A stretch of DNA of 64,000 bases from Patescibacteria group bacterium (GTDB lineage Bacteria > Patescibacteriota > Minisyncoccia > Phycocordibacterales > UBA9973). The position numbers were made by a program, and so were the translations under genes. The stretch spans positions 102,719 to 166,718 of the forward strand of contig JBBTUE010000004.1 of the NCBI GenBank assembly GCA_038063915.1, given 5' to 3'. Of the stretch, positions 50,276 to 58,040 are shown piece after piece. Every line of letters begins with the position of its first letter. Position 1 is the first letter of the stretch. The notes beneath the pieces were generated by a model. That model searched no databases. It had not been told where the DNA came from and was given only the letters and a program-made list of their open reading frames with translations.

Positions 50276-51309
50276 CTGTGCTTGATTTCCTTTCTATAGA
50301 TAGAAACTAGACTATACAATAAACTCAAAACAAGAGGCCCTATCAACACTCCGACTGGGCCCATCAGCGCAACTCCACCTAATATGGAGAATAATATAAA
50401 CAATGAAGGTATTTCAGTATTTTTTGATATTACATATGGCGCAAGGAAATTGTCTATCATGCCGACAAGTAGTAAGGCCCACAAAAGAAGCCCTAGAGCC
50501 GGTAGGTGTGCCCCAGTGAAGTATAAGAACAGAATCGCAGGTACGGTCACTATAGAGACGCCTATCGTTGGTACAAATGAAGCCATACCAGCAACCACAC
50601 CCCAAAGTGCTGGACTTGGAACACCGAAAATTGTAAGTCCAATGCCCGCTAGTATTCCTTGTGCAATTGCGATTAGAAATGAGCCCTTGAGGATACGATT
50701 TATAGCGCTTTTTAATTTATTTAATATCTCTTCTACATGGCTATCTGATAAAGGAGACAAACTAACCAGATTCTTCCTCCAATGCTCGCCATCTTTGAGT
50801 ATATAGAAAATAGTGAGAATCATTATAAGGAACATCAAGAGTGAGTTGAAAGTTGCAGTAAAGAAGCTAGTGACATTGTTTGATAAAAATACTCCAAGAT
50901 CGTGGATCTTTGCTTCCATGTCGAAAGTAAAACCATTTGGCATAGCATTATTGATTGAAGCGTCAATTCTCTGCACTAATTCATTCGTATTTGCACCCCC
51001 AGATATCAAATGGTAAACATCTTGAGCTTGGTTGAATATAACAGTTCCTATAAAGAAAAGTGGTCCGCATAAAATAATAAGAAATAATATAACAGTAATA
51101 ACCGAAGCAAGCCAAGCAGTACCCTTTGTGATACGACGTTTAATCCATAAATAAACTGGCTCGAGCACTACAGCAAAAGCTCCGGCAAGAACTACAACCG
51201 TAATGAATGGCCAAAATATTGCAATGGTAAGTACGATCACTATAGCAAGTAGAGCGAATAAGAAATATTTCTCAATTAAAGATGTGTGCATATATGGTAA
51301 TTGTACCAT
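50272..51309 (-). CDS. AI-2E family transporter (second paralog)
   Basis: 8 TM, C-terminal GMIDNFLAPYVISKNTEIPSLFILFSILGGVALMGPVGVLIGPLV. Confidence 0.65.
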   Translation of the reverse strand: MVQLPYMHTSLIEKYFLFALLAIVIVLTIAIFWPFITVVVLAGAFAVVLEPVYLWIKRRITKGTAWLASVITVILFLIILCGPLFFIGTVIFNQAQDVYHLISGGANTNELVQRIDASINNAMPNGFTFDMEAKIHDLGVFLSNNVTSFFTATFNSLLMFLIMILTIFYILKDGEHWRKNLVSLSPLSDSHVEEILNKLKSAINRILKGSFLIAIAQGILAGIGLTIFGVPSPALWGVVAGMASFVPTIGVSIVTVPAILFLYFTGAHLPALGLLLWALLLVGMIDNFLAPYVISKNTEIPSLFILFSILGGVALMGPVGVLIGPLVLSLLYSLVSIYRKEIKHS

Positions 51310-51390
51310 AGGATATATGTATAGAGTACAGCGTTTGACTACACCATGTTTTTGTAGTACTATGATGGAAAAATAAAATAATAAAGCACA

Positions 51391-51750
51391 ATGAAAACGA
51401 AACAGGTTATCTACGCCGTTTTATGGGGAATATTATATATCCTCGCCACATACTTTTTCTGGAAAATATTTTTACCATTTGTGTCACAACCCAAAACAGC
51501 CGAGGACCAGGGAACTGATGTCGGACTTGCTCCATTTGAAATAGCTCTTGGAGTATGGTGGTGTTTGGGTTTATGTGGAGCGTATGAAAGAATTAATCCA
51601 AAGAATCCTAATTTAGCGGCAGCAGTAATAACTGTTGGGACAATAATTTCACCACTTTGGTGGGTACCGATCGGAATAGTGTGGCTCGCTATAAAAAGCG
51701 TGAAAAGCCTCATATTGTTTTTCAAAACCAGCCAGTTTGCGATTAGGTAA
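51391..51750 (+). CDS. hypothetical small membrane protein
   Basis: 3 TM helices, Trp-rich. Confidence 0.4.
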   Translation: MKTKQVIYAVLWGILYILATYFFWKIFLPFVSQPKTAEDQGTDVGLAPFEIALGVWWCLGLCGAYERINPKNPNLAAAVITVGTIISPLWWVPIGIVWLAIKSVKSLILFFKTSQFAIR

Positions 51751-51806
51751 CCGTATAAAAGTTAGGTTCTCTATAAATCTTTTCTTTCACATTAAAATAC
51801 TCCAAA

Positions 51807-52067
51807 ATGAGTGAAAAAAAACTTCAAACCCGTGATTATATTAAACTCAATCTAAGATTCAGAAGCACTACATATCAGTGCAAACTAAACCTTGATGAAG
51901 GGACTATAATTGGCGCAACAGAAGTCTCCAGAATTGTACGCAAAGCATTTAAGATAGATATCCCGACTGCAGAAATAAGCTATGATGTGCAGAAAGTATC
52001 AAAAAAAGAATTTGATGATTTGAAATGCGACATTTTTTTCAAATATCGTTCCCCAGTTCGTTGCTGA
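51807..52067 (+). CDS. hypothetical small protein
   Basis: 86-aa ORF followed by a strong terminator. Confidence 0.35.
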   Translation: MSEKKLQTRDYIKLNLRFRSTTYQCKLNLDEGTIIGATEVSRIVRKAFKIDIPTAEISYDVQKVSKKEFDDLKCDIFFKYRSPVRC

Positions 52068-52087
52068 GCATAAAATAGTTGAAATAA

Positions 52088-52120
52088 AAAGAGAATACAG
52101 GGATGTATTCTCTTTTTCTT
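52088..52120. terminator. bidirectional terminator
   Basis: agagaataca-ggga-tgtattctct (10-bp perfect stem) followed by ttttctt. Confidence 0.55.
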
Positions 52121-52126
52121 ATTAAG

Positions 52127-52723
52127 TTATTTTTGTAACAACACCTCAAGCCACGTTTGGCCCCTTAACTCATTCGTTTCATTTTTAATAATATTAAAAT
52201 TACCGGCAAATCTCTCGATATCTTCCTTAGAATAAAGGTAATAGGTTCTTATTCCAAATTCGTCTTCCTTTTCAATTTCTTTATAAACTTCACTATATTT
52301 CATGGAAAGGCGAGCGACCCCTCCTGTATTTAAAGCGCTGTACAATTCTCGTAAAACCTTTTCAAAGCTATCTTTCGGGACATGTATAAGGGAAGCAAAG
52401 GCAAATGCTATGTCTAAATTTTTCGGGAAAGTATAATTTTCAATATCAGCAACTTCAAATTTTCCCTCCGGAACATTTTCTTTAGCAATTTCTATGAATT
52501 TCAGAGCTACATCAATTCCTAGATAGTTATTAGTCCGCTTTACTATCTCTTTTGCATCCCTACCGTTACCACAGCCGATTTCCAATACTGAAGGGTTTTC
52601 TTTTGGGACAAGTTTGAATGTTTCATCGATATCTTCAACTCTCGCTCCTAAATTGTCGAATTTCTCTGCCATGTTATCCGCAGTCAGATTATAGGTATCG
52701 ATAGTTTGCTGTTTTTTATTCAT
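52127..52723 (-). CDS. class I SAM-dependent methyltransferase
   Basis: Motif I VLEIGCGNGRD, motif post-I LGIDV, acidic-loop ADIEN. Confidence 0.7.
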   Translation of the reverse strand: MNKKQQTIDTYNLTADNMAEKFDNLGARVEDIDETFKLVPKENPSVLEIGCGNGRDAKEIVKRTNNYLGIDVALKFIEIAKENVPEGKFEVADIENYTFPKNLDIAFAFASLIHVPKDSFEKVLRELYSALNTGGVARLSMKYSEVYKEIEKEDEFGIRTYYLYSKEDIERFAGNFNIIKNETNELRGQTWLEVLLQK

Positions 52724-53399
52724 GATTAACGAAAATTTTATAGGAATCTATTTCCCTTTGTAATCTCGATAGTTTGTAAGGAGTATCTGCTCTATCAAGT
52801 TCACTGATATAGTGCTCTAACATTCCTACTTTGTCTAGTAATAATGGTAAGTATGTCGCTATTGCAGATTCTGTAGTCATACCGACATCGTATGCTTCCT
52901 TCGGTATTTTTGAATGAATATTCTCAAGAGCGTTGTATAGATTAGTCTCTAGATCTTTTTTATCTTTTTTAAAAGTTTCCTCGGTTTCTTTCTTCTGCTT
53001 TTCTTCTTCTATTGCTTTTTCTTTCCTACTATTGTTCCATTCAAGTTCGTTGATTTTGCTTTGGATTCTACTGATCTCCTTATTGATTGGCTGTAGCTGG
53101 GTAACTTTAAAGTCATTCTCTTTATCTAGGGTAGCCAGTGCCTCTTCATAGTCGTTATTAGTTGATTCTATGTATAGTCTTATGGTTTCAATATTATTTG
53201 GACCAAATCTATTTATTGAGTCCATCATTAAATCATAAAGCTCGACATTATAAAACTCGGAAGCCTTATTCTTGGTTTGTTCTAATCTTTGCTTTGCATT
53301 AGTGAGTTCTAGTTCAAGCTCCTCCTTTGAAGCAGTGTTCCCTTGTTCGGTTATTGAGGGCGCAGTTGTCTTTAGCTCTATACTGTTTTTCTTATCCAT
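52716..53399 (-). CDS. hypothetical coiled-coil protein
   Basis: Heptad-rich, Lys/Glu-rich central region; stop overlaps the methyltransferase start (operon). Confidence 0.5.
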   Translation of the reverse strand: MDKKNSIELKTTAPSITEQGNTASKEELELELTNAKQRLEQTKNKASEFYNVELYDLMMDSINRFGPNNIETIRLYIESTNNDYEEALATLDKENDFKVTQLQPINKEISRIQSKINELEWNNSRKEKAIEEEKQKKETEETFKKDKKDLETNLYNALENIHSKIPKEAYDVGMTTESAIATYLPLLLDKVGMLEHYISELDRADTPYKLSRLQREIDSYKIFVNHE

Positions 53400-53430
53400 A
53401 CTAGGTCAATTATACATCAGTGGTTGGTAT

Positions 53431-53471
53431 TTTTAAACTATTGTTGACAAATGATGGGTAAATTGTAGTAT
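53431..53471 (+). promoter_or_regulatory. promoter-like element, copy 1 (TTGACA -16- TAGTAT with AT-rich upstream)
   Basis: ttttaaactattgTTGACAaatgatgggtaaattgTAGTATaaag; near-identical copy at 53906-53948. Confidence 0.45.
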
Positions 53472-53505
53472 AAAGAAAAATCCTTAATTTTAAAATCTTC
53501 TAATC

Positions 53506-53847
53506 ATGGTAAAAGATTCAGTAATCAAAAGCCTGAGCTTAGGCATAGGAGATGTAGTAAAGATTGTCTTAGATGATTTTTATTACAAAATAGACCCTCC
53601 AACAGAAAAGGTAAATTGGCCAGTCCTCCATACTGGTTATGGAAAAAAGGACGAAGAGGATTGGATTCCTTGCAAAGAAGTGACTGGTTCGTATTGTGGT
53701 GATAATTACAAACAAGAACCACACAGGATAAATATCATAAAAATAAGAATTTCAAAACCTTTCAAGATGAGTAGTGAATATAGAAATTATGTTGAGTTTT
53801 CACCCTCACGAATAATATCTATTGAAAGGGAGTTGGTCACAGCATAA
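53506..53847 (+). CDS. hypothetical protein
   Basis: 113 aa, no motif; driven by repeat-promoter copy 1. Confidence 0.45.
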   Translation: MVKDSVIKSLSLGIGDVVKIVLDDFYYKIDPPTEKVNWPVLHTGYGKKDEEDWIPCKEVTGSYCGDNYKQEPHRINIIKIRISKPFKMSSEYRNYVEFSPSRIISIERELVTA

Positions 53848-53874
53848 ATTAATATAAAAAATATTTTCAATAAG

Positions 53875-53904
53875 GAGGGATGGATCACCGTCGCTCCTTT
53901 TTTG
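53875..53904 (+). terminator. hairpin terminator (one mismatch)
   Basis: gagggatgg-atca-ccgtcgctc followed by cttttttg. Confidence 0.4.
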
Positions 53905-53905
53905 T

Positions 53906-53948
53906 TTTAAATATATATTGTTGACAAATAATGAGTAAATTGTAGTAT
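53906..53948 (+). promoter_or_regulatory. promoter-like element, copy 2
   Basis: ttttaaatatatattgTTGACAaataatgagtaaattgTAGTATgggt; 30/32 identity with copy 1 over the core. Confidence 0.45.
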
Positions 53949-53986
53949 GGGTTTAAAATATATGTAAATCACTAAAACTTCATACA

Positions 53987-54616
53987 ATGAGCAAAAGTAG
54001 GAAAAGAAACTTGTTTTTCGACTTGGATGGTATGAAGTTTAATACTCTACCAGCCCATGTGGCCTATGTGAACCATCGCTATGGAATAAATACTTTACCT
54101 GAAGAATATATAGGGAAAAATGATAGCTTTGATTCTGTAATAAAGAGACATGCCACTGATGTCACCCTAACTTGGGAGGGAATATACAAAGACCTCGGAG
54201 AGAATTTCCACTCATCAGTAGAGTGGCATAAGGATGTGAAGCCGATGGAGGATATGTGTGAAGTAGTTCCACTGCTTTCAAAAAAATATAACCTCTACAC
54301 CGTAACTGCACGGCAAAAAAATGGGCAACACGTTGTCCAATATCTATTGGACAAGTATATACCGAACTGTATAAGGGATATACATTGTAGTTGGGACTAT
54401 ATTCCCGGGGTAGGGTTCGTCGAAGTTCAAAAAAAGGATTTTATCCAAAAGACGGAAGGAGAAAATGTTGCATTTTTTGATGACTCACTCAAGGAAGTCA
54501 AAAGGGCCCAGAATGTAATCACTTCTCATCTATTTGATCCTAATAGTTCCTATAAAGATATCAATGGCATGAATCGTATTGAAAGCTGGAAACGGATTGG
54601 GGAACTGTATCTTTAA
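53987..54616 (+). CDS. HAD-superfamily hydrolase, 5'(3')-deoxyribonucleotidase (NT5C)-like
   Basis: N-terminal LFFDLDGMKFNT (DxDG motif I), C-terminal FFDDSLKEV (motif IV-like), NT5C-like length. Confidence 0.5.
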   Translation: MSKSRKRNLFFDLDGMKFNTLPAHVAYVNHRYGINTLPEEYIGKNDSFDSVIKRHATDVTLTWEGIYKDLGENFHSSVEWHKDVKPMEDMCEVVPLLSKKYNLYTVTARQKNGQHVVQYLLDKYIPNCIRDIHCSWDYIPGVGFVEVQKKDFIQKTEGENVAFFDDSLKEVKRAQNVITSHLFDPNSSYKDINGMNRIESWKRIGELYL

Positions 54617-54635
54617 TATGAACTAATAATAACTT

Positions 54636-54666
54636 TGAAAAAGCATCATTCCACGATGCTTTTTTA
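54636..54666. terminator. bidirectional terminator
   Basis: gaaaaagcatc-attccac-gatgctttttt. Confidence 0.5.
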
Positions 54667-54954
54667 TATGACTAAAAGCAAAATAGAAAGGAGGACAACA
54701 AAGCCAGCAAAGAACCCGACAATTTTACCAAAGAACAGGAGGGCTTCCTGTTTTTGATTTTCCATGTATAAACGAATAGGTTCGGACAAAAACAAGAATC
54801 CCATAATCGCTGCCGATAGGACAAAAAGGCCGAGCATTACCATCGGTATAAGTATAGTTTCCTTTTGTGGAACATACCTTGTAAAGTTTAAAATTGAAAC
54901 TATAAGGACGATATATACTGTAGCTACCAGTGCATATAAAATTGGCTTTTTCAT
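54664..54954 (-). CDS. hypothetical small membrane protein
   Basis: 3 TM helices. Confidence 0.45.
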   Translation of the reverse strand: MKKPILYALVATVYIVLIVSILNFTRYVPQKETILIPMVMLGLFVLSAAIMGFLFLSEPIRLYMENQKQEALLFFGKIVGFFAGFVVLLSILLLVI

Positions 54955-54986
54955 AACTATATTATTATATCAAAATTATCAGTTTT

Positions 54987-55012
54987 CCGTCTGGGACGAA
55001 GTTGGAACAGTG
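54987..55012. repeat. imperfect direct repeat, left copy
   Basis: ccgtctgggacgAAGTTGGAacagtg; partner at 55757-55800. Confidence 0.35.
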
Positions 55013-55022
55013 CTATTGGTAT

Positions 55023-55700
55023 TTAGCGTATATATTTATCATTTGTTTGTACCCATTTCCCTGTATTTTCATTTATTTCAAAAATTAATGATAAATAAAC
55101 ATATTTTCCATTCTTAATTTCTTTTAATACTGTTGGTACATTTTCAAGAGAATCCATAATTATTTCTTTCTTAAAATTTAAGTTAAATATAAATAGAGCC
55201 TGCTTGCTATCAATCCAAAAAACAAAGGCGATATTTTTATTTTTATTCCTCTTGAAGAATTTAGAATATACGTTTTTAAAAGATGTTTTAATTTTATCCC
55301 AAATTTTATCATCGATATCCTCAAGAATTTTTTTTATTGCCCATGGGAAAAATATATAACGTCCAAAAAGATCAAGATTATTGACTATCACGTCTACATA
55401 GCTCAATCCAGTAGATGGGCTACCCATACCAAGACCATCAACCCTAGATAGAAACTCCTCGTATTTAATTTTAACTGTTTCAAGTTCTTCTTCGTGTTTT
55501 TTTGAAATATATATATTAACTTTTAATTCTTTAGGAAAATTATTAAATAAACTCGCAGCTTCTTCCTTGGAGATATTTTCATTTAATAAAAAACTAATCT
55601 CGTTTTCTGATTCAGGATTGATTAATACAGTACTATTTTCATATGCTTTTCTTAAATCCTCCTTATATTCTTCTGCTTTCATATATTCTTCTGTGTTCAT
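55023..55700 (-). CDS. hypothetical protein, very AT-rich gene
   Basis: 225 aa, Lys/Glu/Asn/Ile-rich; gene GC visibly below neighbours; flanked by the imperfect direct repeats. Confidence 0.45.
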   Translation of the reverse strand: MNTEEYMKAEEYKEDLRKAYENSTVLINPESENEISFLLNENISKEEAASLFNNFPKELKVNIYISKKHEEELETVKIKYEEFLSRVDGLGMGSPSTGLSYVDVIVNNLDLFGRYIFFPWAIKKILEDIDDKIWDKIKTSFKNVYSKFFKRNKNKNIAFVFWIDSKQALFIFNLNFKKEIIMDSLENVPTVLKEIKNGKYVYLSLIFEINENTGKWVQTNDKYIR

Positions 55701-55756
55701 ATTTATTAAATACTATTACTGCCAAAATTTAATTATAATTGTTCCTACAATGCTCT

Positions 55757-55800
55757 ACGCCTGGGACGCCCGCCCGCCTCTGGAGGGAAGTTGGAGTGAG
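55757..55800. repeat. imperfect direct repeat, right copy, with a 19-nt GC-rich insert
   Basis: acgcctgggacg[cccgcccgcctctggaggg]AAGTTGGAgtgag; a GC island within an AT-rich spacer. Confidence 0.35.
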
Positions 55801-55808
55801 ATTACTTG

Positions 55809-56357
55809 CTAATCCAGCTGATATTCCCATCCCGGTTGCCAAGATCTTGTTTTGCGCCAATCTTCCGCTAGAGCTTGTTTCCAGGTCTTGCCTTTAAGTA
55901 GGACATCTAGTGAGAGCTGTGGGGCCTTGTGACCAACTAAGGCAACATGTTTGCCGTCGTAATTATTTTTTAAAAATTCTAGGAAATCTGCAATACGTAC
56001 CTTTACATCTTCATAACTTTCTCCTTCAGGAAATTTATTATAAATACATTCATCCTCTTGCATTGGTTCTACAATAGCAGAAGGCGCGGCATTTAGTTTT
56101 CCATAGTTACATTCTCTTAATCTTGAATCAGGAATGATTGGGTAGACTCCATCCCAAGCTAATTTTGCTGACTTGGTTGCACGTTGTAAATCTGAGCAGA
56201 ATACGACATTAAATTTCTTATCTTTAGTCTGGTCTTTTAATTCAATAGATTGCTTTACCCCTAAGTCTGAAAGATCGACATCGGACCATCCCGATGAGAT
56301 TTCCTTTTCATTATCTGTTGTCGTACCGTGGACAAAATACGTGATATAGACTGACAT
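55809..56357 (-). CDS. histidine phosphatase (phosphoglycerate-mutase-like) family protein
   Basis: YFVHGTTTDNE (RHG-like, with Arg replaced by Val), SDLQRATKSAKLA, KFPEGESYEDV, ALVGHKAPQ. Closely parallels the domain inserted in IleS. Confidence 0.6.
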   Translation of the reverse strand: MSVYITYFVHGTTTDNEKEISSGWSDVDLSDLGVKQSIELKDQTKDKKFNVVFCSDLQRATKSAKLAWDGVYPIIPDSRLRECNYGKLNAAPSAIVEPMQEDECIYNKFPEGESYEDVKVRIADFLEFLKNNYDGKHVALVGHKAPQLSLDVLLKGKTWKQALAEDWRKTRSWQPGWEYQLD

Positions 56358-56433
56358 AAAATGATTATATCATGAGGCTTAATTTCCTACTGCATTGTAA
56401 TTTATCTATTTTTAGTGTATTTTAAAGATGTAT

Positions 56434-56504
56434 TTGGGGATCGTCTAATGGTAGGACAGTGGCCTTTGAAGCCATTAATTGGGGTTCGAATCCCTGTCCC
56501 CAAG
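56434..56504 (+). tRNA. tRNA-Gln (anticodon TTG)
   Basis: ttgggga-tc-gtc taatggtag gac a gtggc ctttgaa gccat taat tgggg ttcgaat ccctg tccccaa g; 3-bp D-stem as in bacterial tRNA-Gln. Confidence 0.8.
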
Positions 56505-56506
56505 CA

Positions 56507-56911
56507 ATGGAAACTAAAACTAGAATTGGTGGAATAATTATTCAAGATGGAAAACTTCTTATGTTATTAGGCAAGGGTTATAAAGAACTGTGGACCCCAG
56601 GAGGCAAAATTGATGAAGGTGAAAGTGATGAAGAGTGCCTAAGGAGGGAACTTCAAGAGGAGTTGGGTGTTTCGCTTGTAGAAGCAAAATTTTTCAAAGA
56701 ATATATCGGTCCATCTTTTTATAATCCAGATAAGCACATAACTAAACAGAGAATATATATTATAAAAATAGAAGGCACCATTACTCCTGCAATGGAAATT
56801 GAAAGTTATATATGGTTCACCAAAAAAGATTTTGTAAATAAAAAATACCCCATGATTACTATGACAGAGAAAGAATTAATCCCAGATGTCATAAAGGCTG
56901 GAATTTGGTAA
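56507..56911 (+). CDS. NUDIX hydrolase
   Basis: Nudix box GGKIDEGESDEECLRRELQEELGV. The ORF-track start at 56459 overlaps the tRNA; the ATG at 56507 (METKTRIGG) lies 2 nt past the tRNA 3' end. Confidence 0.75.
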   Translation: METKTRIGGIIIQDGKLLMLLGKGYKELWTPGGKIDEGESDEECLRRELQEELGVSLVEAKFFKEYIGPSFYNPDKHITKQRIYIIKIEGTITPAMEIESYIWFTKKDFVNKKYPMITMTEKELIPDVIKAGIW

Positions 56912-56921
56912 AATACGTACT

Positions 56922-57152
56922 ATGAAAACATACAATAAAAGATTATATAAAAGTAATGATAATAAAGTTATCTCAGGAGTTATGGGAGGACTCGGAGAAT
57001 ATTTCGATATTGACCCAGTAGTTTTCCGTGTAGCTTATACGGCATTCAGCTTCTTCACTGGTATTGTGCCGGGAATGCTCACTTATATATTTATGGCATT
57101 AGTTATGCCAAAAAGACCTGAGGTCGTAGTCGAAAAGTCAGAAGTGAAATAA
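56922..57152 (+). CDS. PspC-domain membrane protein
   Basis: LYKSNDNKVISGVMGGLGEYFDIDPVVFRVAYTAF...YIFMALVMP. Confidence 0.6.
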   Translation: MKTYNKRLYKSNDNKVISGVMGGLGEYFDIDPVVFRVAYTAFSFFTGIVPGMLTYIFMALVMPKRPEVVVEKSEVK

Positions 57153-57157
57153 TAATA

Positions 57158-57430
57158 ATGGGAAAGAAACTTTGGTTCAAAAGAAAAAGATATGGCTGGG
57201 GTTGGACGCCTTCTACTTGGCAAGGGTGGCTTGTACTAATAGTATATTTGGTAGCTATGGTCAAGAGCTCTATACTTGTCGATATATATTCGCATTCGGG
57301 TAGCGATACTCTTATTGGATACGCATTGCCATTTATTTTATTTACTACAATTTTAATAATTATCTGCTACAAGAAAGGTGAGGCGCCCAAATGGCAGTGG
57401 GGAAAGAGTGATATTGACAAAGTAAATTAA
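57158..57430 (+). CDS. hypothetical small membrane protein
   Basis: Basic, Trp-rich N-terminus (KRKRYGWGWTPSTWQGW), 2 TM. Confidence 0.4.
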   Translation: MGKKLWFKRKRYGWGWTPSTWQGWLVLIVYLVAMVKSSILVDIYSHSGSDTLIGYALPFILFTTILIIICYKKGEAPKWQWGKSDIDKVN

Positions 57431-57442
57431 GGGCGTTATAGT

Positions 57443-57916
57443 GTGCATATTATGAAAAAGACATTTACAATACTTTCAATATTTATCATTTTGATAGGAG
57501 TTGGGCTATTGTCCTACCCAAAGTCTTCATCTGCTGATTGGGGCTTCGGCATCAGTATAGGAGGAGGCTATGCTGGCTATAATAACTATGGTGGTGGATA
57601 CGGCAATCAATACTACGGTGGTGGCTATGGGGGCAATTATGGAGGCTACGGAGGAGGTTATAACAACATGTATCCAACTATGGGCTACTATGGCAATACA
57701 TATGGTGGTGGAGGATACGGTGGCTATGGATACCCAGTAAATAATAATTATGGCAATAATGGCTACAATGCTGGCTACGGATATACGAATACAAACTACG
57801 GCTATCCTTATGCCGGAAATATTTCCCCAACATATGGCAATTACTACGGAGGCCAAGGATTTGGCAATAATTACGGATATAGTAACTACGGCAACGGCCC
57901 ATCTTGGACTCACTAA
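57443..57916 (+). CDS. secreted Gly/Tyr/Asn-rich low-complexity protein
   Basis: Signal peptide (MKKTFTILSIFIILIGVGLLS), then ~120 aa of GGYG/NYG/GYGY repeats. Confidence 0.55.
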   Translation: MHIMKKTFTILSIFIILIGVGLLSYPKSSSADWGFGISIGGGYAGYNNYGGGYGNQYYGGGYGGNYGGYGGGYNNMYPTMGYYGNTYGGGGYGGYGYPVNNNYGNNGYNAGYGYTNTNYGYPYAGNISPTYGNYYGGQGFGNNYGYSNYGNGPSWTH

Positions 57917-57936
57917 TATTTATTAAAGTTCAAACT

Positions 57937-57963
57937 AAAAATCCTCCACTCGGAGGATTTTTA
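57937..57963 (+). terminator. rho-independent terminator
   Basis: aaaatcctcc-actc-ggaggatttt followed by t. Confidence 0.55.
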
Positions 57964-58040
57964 GTTGCTCTCTATCTATTTGACTTTAGGAGTCTTCCGT
58001 GATATAATTCGCAAAAATCTAAAATTAAATCATCTTTATT

